From Candidatus Poribacteria bacterium (lineage in GTDB: Bacteria > Poribacteria > WGA-4E > WGA-3G), in contig CBDANF010000002.1 in assembly GCA_965197475.1 (NCBI GenBank), forward strand, positions 608,001 through 672,000: 64,000 nt of DNA, in the 5' to 3' direction. How positions within the stretch are numbered: position 1 is the first letter of the stretch; each line of letters begins with the position of its first letter. The translations under genes were made by a program, and so were the position numbers. The notes below the pieces were generated by a model that made no database searches, was not told where the DNA came from, and saw only the letters and a list, made by a program, of their open reading frames with translations. Positions 59,431-64,000 of this stretch are shown piece by piece.

Positions 59431-61068
59431 TTGGCTGATAAAAGAATCAGATACGGTAGCAATACAGTCGCTTTTATAGTACTCATCTTCGGTATCCTGG
59501 TGCTGGTTAATTTCCTATCCTCGCGTCGTTTTTTGCGCGGTGATCTCACCGAAGATAAACGTTATACTGTCTCAAAAGCAACCAAAAATGTTATTAAGAG
59601 TCTTGACGATATCGTCACAATCTCCGCTTATTTTTCCACACAACCCGCGGACGTAGCGCGAATCCGCCGCAATGTCAGGGATGTTCTGGATGAATATACG
59701 GCATTCTCTCAAAAACTGCAGGTTGATTTTGTCGATCCTGCTGATTTTGACGACGCACAAAAACAGGAACTCCGTTTCAAAGGTATTCCTGAAATCCAAG
59801 TCAATGTTTTCAAGAAGGACAAAGCAGAAATAGCGAATGTCTATATGGCTATCTCTATCGGTTACAGTGGAAAAGAGGAAGTCCTTCCAATTGTGCGTTC
59901 AACTTCTAACTTGGAATATGAACTCACCTCCACAATCCTCAAGGTGACTACCAAAGATGCGAAAACGGTCGGATTTTTGACAGGGCACGATGAGTTTGAT
60001 ATCAACGCGCAAACACAGGGGCATCAACAATTTCGAGAACTCTTGGATAAAAATGGCAAAGGACAATATAATCTTACCGCTGTTGACCTCCATGCTGGAG
60101 AACCGGTTGACGAGGCTGTAACTACCTTAGTTGTTGCCGGACCAAAACAAGCGTTGACAGAACGGGAAAAATACGAGATTGACCAGTTTATCATGCGTGG
60201 CGGCAGAGCAATTTTCTTAGTTGATCCCGTTACAATGCAACCTGGAACGGTTCAAGCAACGCCTCTTAGCACCGGTTTGAATGATCTACTTGAACATTAC
60301 GGTGTCAAACTTGGAAACAATCTCATCGCTGACCTAAGATTTCATGATAACATAGCATACCTGCAAGGTCGGATACGCGTTAGTCGCCCCTATCCCTATT
60401 TTGTTAGAATAATTAAATCGAACTTCTCAAAAGAGAACACTATCACGAGTCAATTGGAGGAATTGACTTTACCCTGGACGAGTTCTTTAGAGATATTGAC
60501 AAATGAGGATGTAAAGGCAATGTCTTTAGCAAAAACGAGCGAATCTGGGCAGAGTTCCCAAGGATATTTCAACTTGATGCCAGGTGCTCCAATTCCGAGG
60601 GCGGATTTACAAGTATATACCGTTGCTGCTGCTTTGGAAGGGAAATTCAATAGTTTCTATGCCGATAAAGAGATTCCTTCGGTAATATCGGCTGCGGACT
60701 CTGATGGTGAAAATGACACATCCACTCCAACACAAGAAGCTGAAGATAGAACAACTATAACTGAAAGTGCAGAAACGCAAATTGTTGTAATGGGAACCGC
60801 ACAATTCCTCTCACAGTTGCGCTCCGATGGACTCAACTTTTTCTTAAACAGTCTGGATTGGCTAACCCTTGGTGAAACCCTTATCGGTATACGATCCCAT
60901 GCCATCACCGACAGACCCCTAAAAGATGCCTCAGGTTTGGAGAAAAATTTCATCAAATACATGTGTACTGTTGGTATTCCACTATTAGTCGTTATTTTTG
61001 GGTTAATCCGGTATCTCTTAAAAAGGAGGGTGAAACGGTTGGTTGGAACCTACGGTTCACAGATTTAA
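59431..61068 (+). CDS. GldG-like ABC auxiliary protein
   Basis: DLTEDKRYTVS, FVDP, LEYELT, FLTGHDE, IDQFIMRGG, NSLDWL. Confidence 0.88.
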   Translation: MADKRIRYGSNTVAFIVLIFGILVLVNFLSSRRFLRGDLTEDKRYTVSKATKNVIKSLDDIVTISAYFSTQPADVARIRRNVRDVLDEYTAFSQKLQVDFVDPADFDDAQKQELRFKGIPEIQVNVFKKDKAEIANVYMAISIGYSGKEEVLPIVRSTSNLEYELTSTILKVTTKDAKTVGFLTGHDEFDINAQTQGHQQFRELLDKNGKGQYNLTAVDLHAGEPVDEAVTTLVVAGPKQALTEREKYEIDQFIMRGGRAIFLVDPVTMQPGTVQATPLSTGLNDLLEHYGVKLGNNLIADLRFHDNIAYLQGRIRVSRPYPYFVRIIKSNFSKENTITSQLEELTLPWTSSLEILTNEDVKAMSLAKTSESGQSSQGYFNLMPGAPIPRADLQVYTVAAALEGKFNSFYADKEIPSVISAADSDGENDTSTPTQEAEDRTTITESAETQIVVMGTAQFLSQLRSDGLNFFLNSLDWLTLGETLIGIRSHAITDRPLKDASGLEKNFIKYMCTVGIPLLVVIFGLIRYLLKRRVKRLVGTYGSQI

Positions 61069-61111
61069 ACTGTTCCGACAAGTTGTTAGAACATACCAAC
61101 CGAATGGAACA

Positions 61112-62047
61112 ATGAAAAAGAAACAACTACTGATTTTAGGCGGCGTTTTTGTTTTTTTGTTACTCATTGTCCTGATTTTTGAGAACCCTTTCAGGAAAAG
61201 CGAGTATCAAAAGAAGATTGAAGATGCTACGATCCTGTTTCCGAACTTCAATAAGGAACAGGTCACAAAAATAGAGATCGTTACCAAAGGTGAAACCACA
61301 ACCCTTTCCAAGCAAAACGATCAATGGGTTGTTGTCTCTATGGACAATTATCCCGCAGATAGTGAAAGTGTTGAGGAATTGTTGACCAAAGTTGCAGAAT
61401 TTGACAATGCCGAACATGTCTCCGACAACCCTAAAAATCAGGCTGAATTCCAAGTAGATAGCTCCGGTGTTGAAGCAAAATTGATGGATGCAAACGGTAA
61501 AATGTTAGCGCACTTGTTTGTCGGGAAAAATACCCCTGGATTCTTGAGCAGTTACGTGCGCGTTGCAGATTCCAATGATGTTTATGTAGGGCAAGGTTAT
61601 CTACAATCCGTTTTTGACAAAGGAACACGAACTTGGAAAGATCGGACTATCTTCGATTTTAACAAAGGTATCGTTACACAGATTAACATCATTTCTCCCG
61701 AAGAAACGGTTGAACTGCGGTTAGATGCTGAGAATAAGTGGCAGATACACAAACCGATGTCTGCGGCCGCGAACCAGACCGAAGTTGACAACCTGCTCAC
61801 TACCTTCAGTAAATTGATGACCGATGATTTCGCTGAAGTAAAAGAACTTACGGAATACGGATTAGATTCTCCGACCTCATCTATCTCTGCTATTCTCAAT
61901 GACGGAACAACGCCGACGTTGCATGTCGGAAAAGAGGAAGGCGGCAAACTTTACGTCAAACGTGCTGATAAAGGGACGGTTTTCATGTTATTCAAATCGA
62001 ATGTTGATAGATTAATAAAGAAATCTGAGACTCTTACGGAAATGTAA
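61112..62047 (+). CDS. DUF4340-like protein
   Basis: N-terminal TM, YPAD, WKDRTIF, EYGLDSP; usual position after GldG-like genes. Confidence 0.8.
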   Translation: MKKKQLLILGGVFVFLLLIVLIFENPFRKSEYQKKIEDATILFPNFNKEQVTKIEIVTKGETTTLSKQNDQWVVVSMDNYPADSESVEELLTKVAEFDNAEHVSDNPKNQAEFQVDSSGVEAKLMDANGKMLAHLFVGKNTPGFLSSYVRVADSNDVYVGQGYLQSVFDKGTRTWKDRTIFDFNKGIVTQINIISPEETVELRLDAENKWQIHKPMSAAANQTEVDNLLTTFSKLMTDDFAEVKELTEYGLDSPTSSISAILNDGTTPTLHVGKEEGGKLYVKRADKGTVFMLFKSNVDRLIKKSETLTEM

Positions 62048-62238
62048 CACCTCCAGAGACAGAGAAGGTGGAGGTAAATCCTTCAGAGTAGGAAATATAA
62101 GAGGTTTGAGGAATTTAAGCGAGGAAGAATGAAGGAAATGATTGTCTTGTTAGCATTTGTTGTTTTAAATACTTGACTTAATTTTGCTCAACGTATAGAA
62201 TTAGGCTTGATTTCTCTTTGATCCAGAGGAGTGTTACT

Positions 62239-62931
62239 ATGAAAAAATTTGCCGTTTTGGCACTCATCTTGTCAATCCTTCTCACAGGATGTGCCACCCT
62301 CTCCAAAACGCTTTCTGAAGGCACCGAAGATAATTACGATTTCCGCAAAACCCGATGGGGATTTAGCAGGGAACGTGTACTACTGGCTGAACAAGGTAAT
62401 CGAATACATCTTCGGAAAGAAGACGTGCTTATCTACAAAAGTAAAATTGCAGGTGTCCCTGCTTTACTCGTCTACACTTTTAAAGATAAAAGGTTACGGT
62501 CAGCTGGTTATATCACAGAAAAGCCGGTAAAAAATGCCCAAAATATTATCAAAAAGTGTGTTGATGAATTCGGAACACCGACAAATGAGTTTGATGATGG
62601 CATGGTTTGGGAAACACCTAAAACCGTGATATATGCCAACGTATATTCATCACACGTCACCGTAGGGATTTCTTCACGTGAACAGACATCTAGCGGTGTA
62701 TTTTCGAATACCGAGCATAACCCACCAAAGAACAAACCGGGTACCATTGAACGCTGGGATGGTGTGTGGTCATATATTGATAGAACGTTTTACGATGAAC
62801 TACAAGATGATGCTTTAGTACTGGCAGATATATCTTTCTATGAAAAAGTACTATTCGGTATGATCAAAAGACGCAAAATCATTAATTTTCTTAATGAAAC
62901 TGGTATGCCCACTTCTATACATGCAGATTAG
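62239..62931 (+). CDS. Hypothetical lipoprotein
   Basis: Lipobox LTGC, DFRKTRWG; RBS GAGGAG. Confidence 0.7.
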   Translation: MKKFAVLALILSILLTGCATLSKTLSEGTEDNYDFRKTRWGFSRERVLLAEQGNRIHLRKEDVLIYKSKIAGVPALLVYTFKDKRLRSAGYITEKPVKNAQNIIKKCVDEFGTPTNEFDDGMVWETPKTVIYANVYSSHVTVGISSREQTSSGVFSNTEHNPPKNKPGTIERWDGVWSYIDRTFYDELQDDALVLADISFYEKVLFGMIKRRKIINFLNETGMPTSIHAD

Positions 62932-63048
62932 TTCCAATAAAGCACGGTGTCATACCAGAGAACGACACCTTCTTTGCCGCTGACGAAGAGTTGACTGCTA
63001 ACAAAATTAACCGAGTGCACATCCAGTTTCCAAATCAAGGAGACTTAC

Positions 63049-63831
63049 ATGCCTAAAACCAAAAATCTACCATTCAGATTCACCCTATCAATCAATTCCA
63101 ATTATTGGTTATTAGTCCTCTCCACATTGCTGATTTCAACCCTCACCGCCTGTGATTCAAACGTTGTCTCAAAGGTGTTGTCACCCTCAACAAGTGGCAG
63201 AACTATCCATGTAACAGGAAGCGGTGCAGTTTCTGGTGAACCGGATATTGCAACGCTCAATTTAGGGGTGGCTGTTGAAAAAAAGACAGTTGCTGAGGCA
63301 CGTGAAGAAGCTGCAAGCGCAATGACAGCCTTAATAGATACTCTGAAGGCTAACAATATTGAAGAAAAAGATATTAACACTGAGCATTTCAGTATCTATC
63401 CGCAGTACGACTACACGGAAGAAGGGCGTGTACTTCGTGGTTACAGAGTGAACAACACCGTTCGGGCGAAGGTACGAGATTTGGATACGCTAAGTGATGT
63501 TATTGACGATGCCGTGGAAGCGGGAGGGGATAACATCGTTGTCAATTCCATCCAATTTATGATTGATGATACTACACCATTGCGGACTCAGGCACGTAGT
63601 TTAGCAGTAAAGGATGCTGAAGCGAAGGCGCAAACCTTAGCAGATACAAGTGGAGTAGTGCTTGGGAAACCTATCACTATCACTGAAAACACCTATTATG
63701 AAAGTCCGCCGATCGCATTTGCGACAGTAGAAGCAGCCTTCGCTGATGATGCAGCCAAATCTTCCACTCCCATAGTACCAGGTGAACTCACTGTTACCGT
63801 GAATATCACTGTGATATATGAAATTGAGTGA
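63049..63831 (+). CDS. SIMPL/DUF541 family lipoprotein
   Basis: IHVTGSGAV..PDIA, IYPQYDY, AVKDAEAKA..LA, PGELTVTVNITVIY. Confidence 0.9.
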   Translation: MPKTKNLPFRFTLSINSNYWLLVLSTLLISTLTACDSNVVSKVLSPSTSGRTIHVTGSGAVSGEPDIATLNLGVAVEKKTVAEAREEAASAMTALIDTLKANNIEEKDINTEHFSIYPQYDYTEEGRVLRGYRVNNTVRAKVRDLDTLSDVIDDAVEAGGDNIVVNSIQFMIDDTTPLRTQARSLAVKDAEAKAQTLADTSGVVLGKPITITENTYYESPPIAFATVEAAFADDAAKSSTPIVPGELTVTVNITVIYEIE

Positions 63832-63964
63832 TTTTCTCAACTATACTGCAGTCTATCTCATAAATCATTGTAGCGCAGAATCAACACCTCATGCGCGTGT
63901 AGCACAAATTTATAGAACAAAATAACACTGCCTGAATCATATTTCTTGCATAAGGGAGTTGACG

Positions 63965-64000
63965 ATGAAAAACCGATATGTTAAAACCGCAATCCAGAAA
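63965..64000 (+). CDS. Start of a gene running off the window (MKNRYVKTAIQK)
   Basis: ATG preceded by AAGGGAG. Confidence 0.4.
   Translation, partial: MKNRYVKTAIQK

Overview
Bacterial chromosomal segment of about 45% GC. The gene content (secreted WD40+dockerin proteins, TPR proteins, sulfatases, Gfo/Idh/MocA oxidoreductases, AAA-nuclease, palindrome-rich spacers) suggests Candidatus Poribacteria; this is an inference. Housekeeping content: hflKC, an E1-beta subunit, a BadF-type kinase with murQ, tilS-hpt, argG, MoxR, a GldAFG-like ABC system and three tRNAs (Leu-TAA, fMet, and a CAT tRNA abutting tilS). There are two IS1595-family elements and several decayed genes, including two sulfatases with TAG at probable Trp positions. 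Three things stand out. (1) A two-gene module occurs twice: a TPR/helical protein followed by a secreted HExxH metzincin-like protein. One of these proteases runs off the window edge and is missing from the ORF track. (2) An array of five secreted dockerin proteins (one protease and four WD40 propellers with 7/7/14/7 repeats) shares a GxT...EE tail. (3) The intergenic DNA is built from nested miniature mobile elements: four TIR families, one of which duplicates 19-20 bp REP hairpins, plus a 34-nt hairpin unit inserted into other repeats without target duplication.
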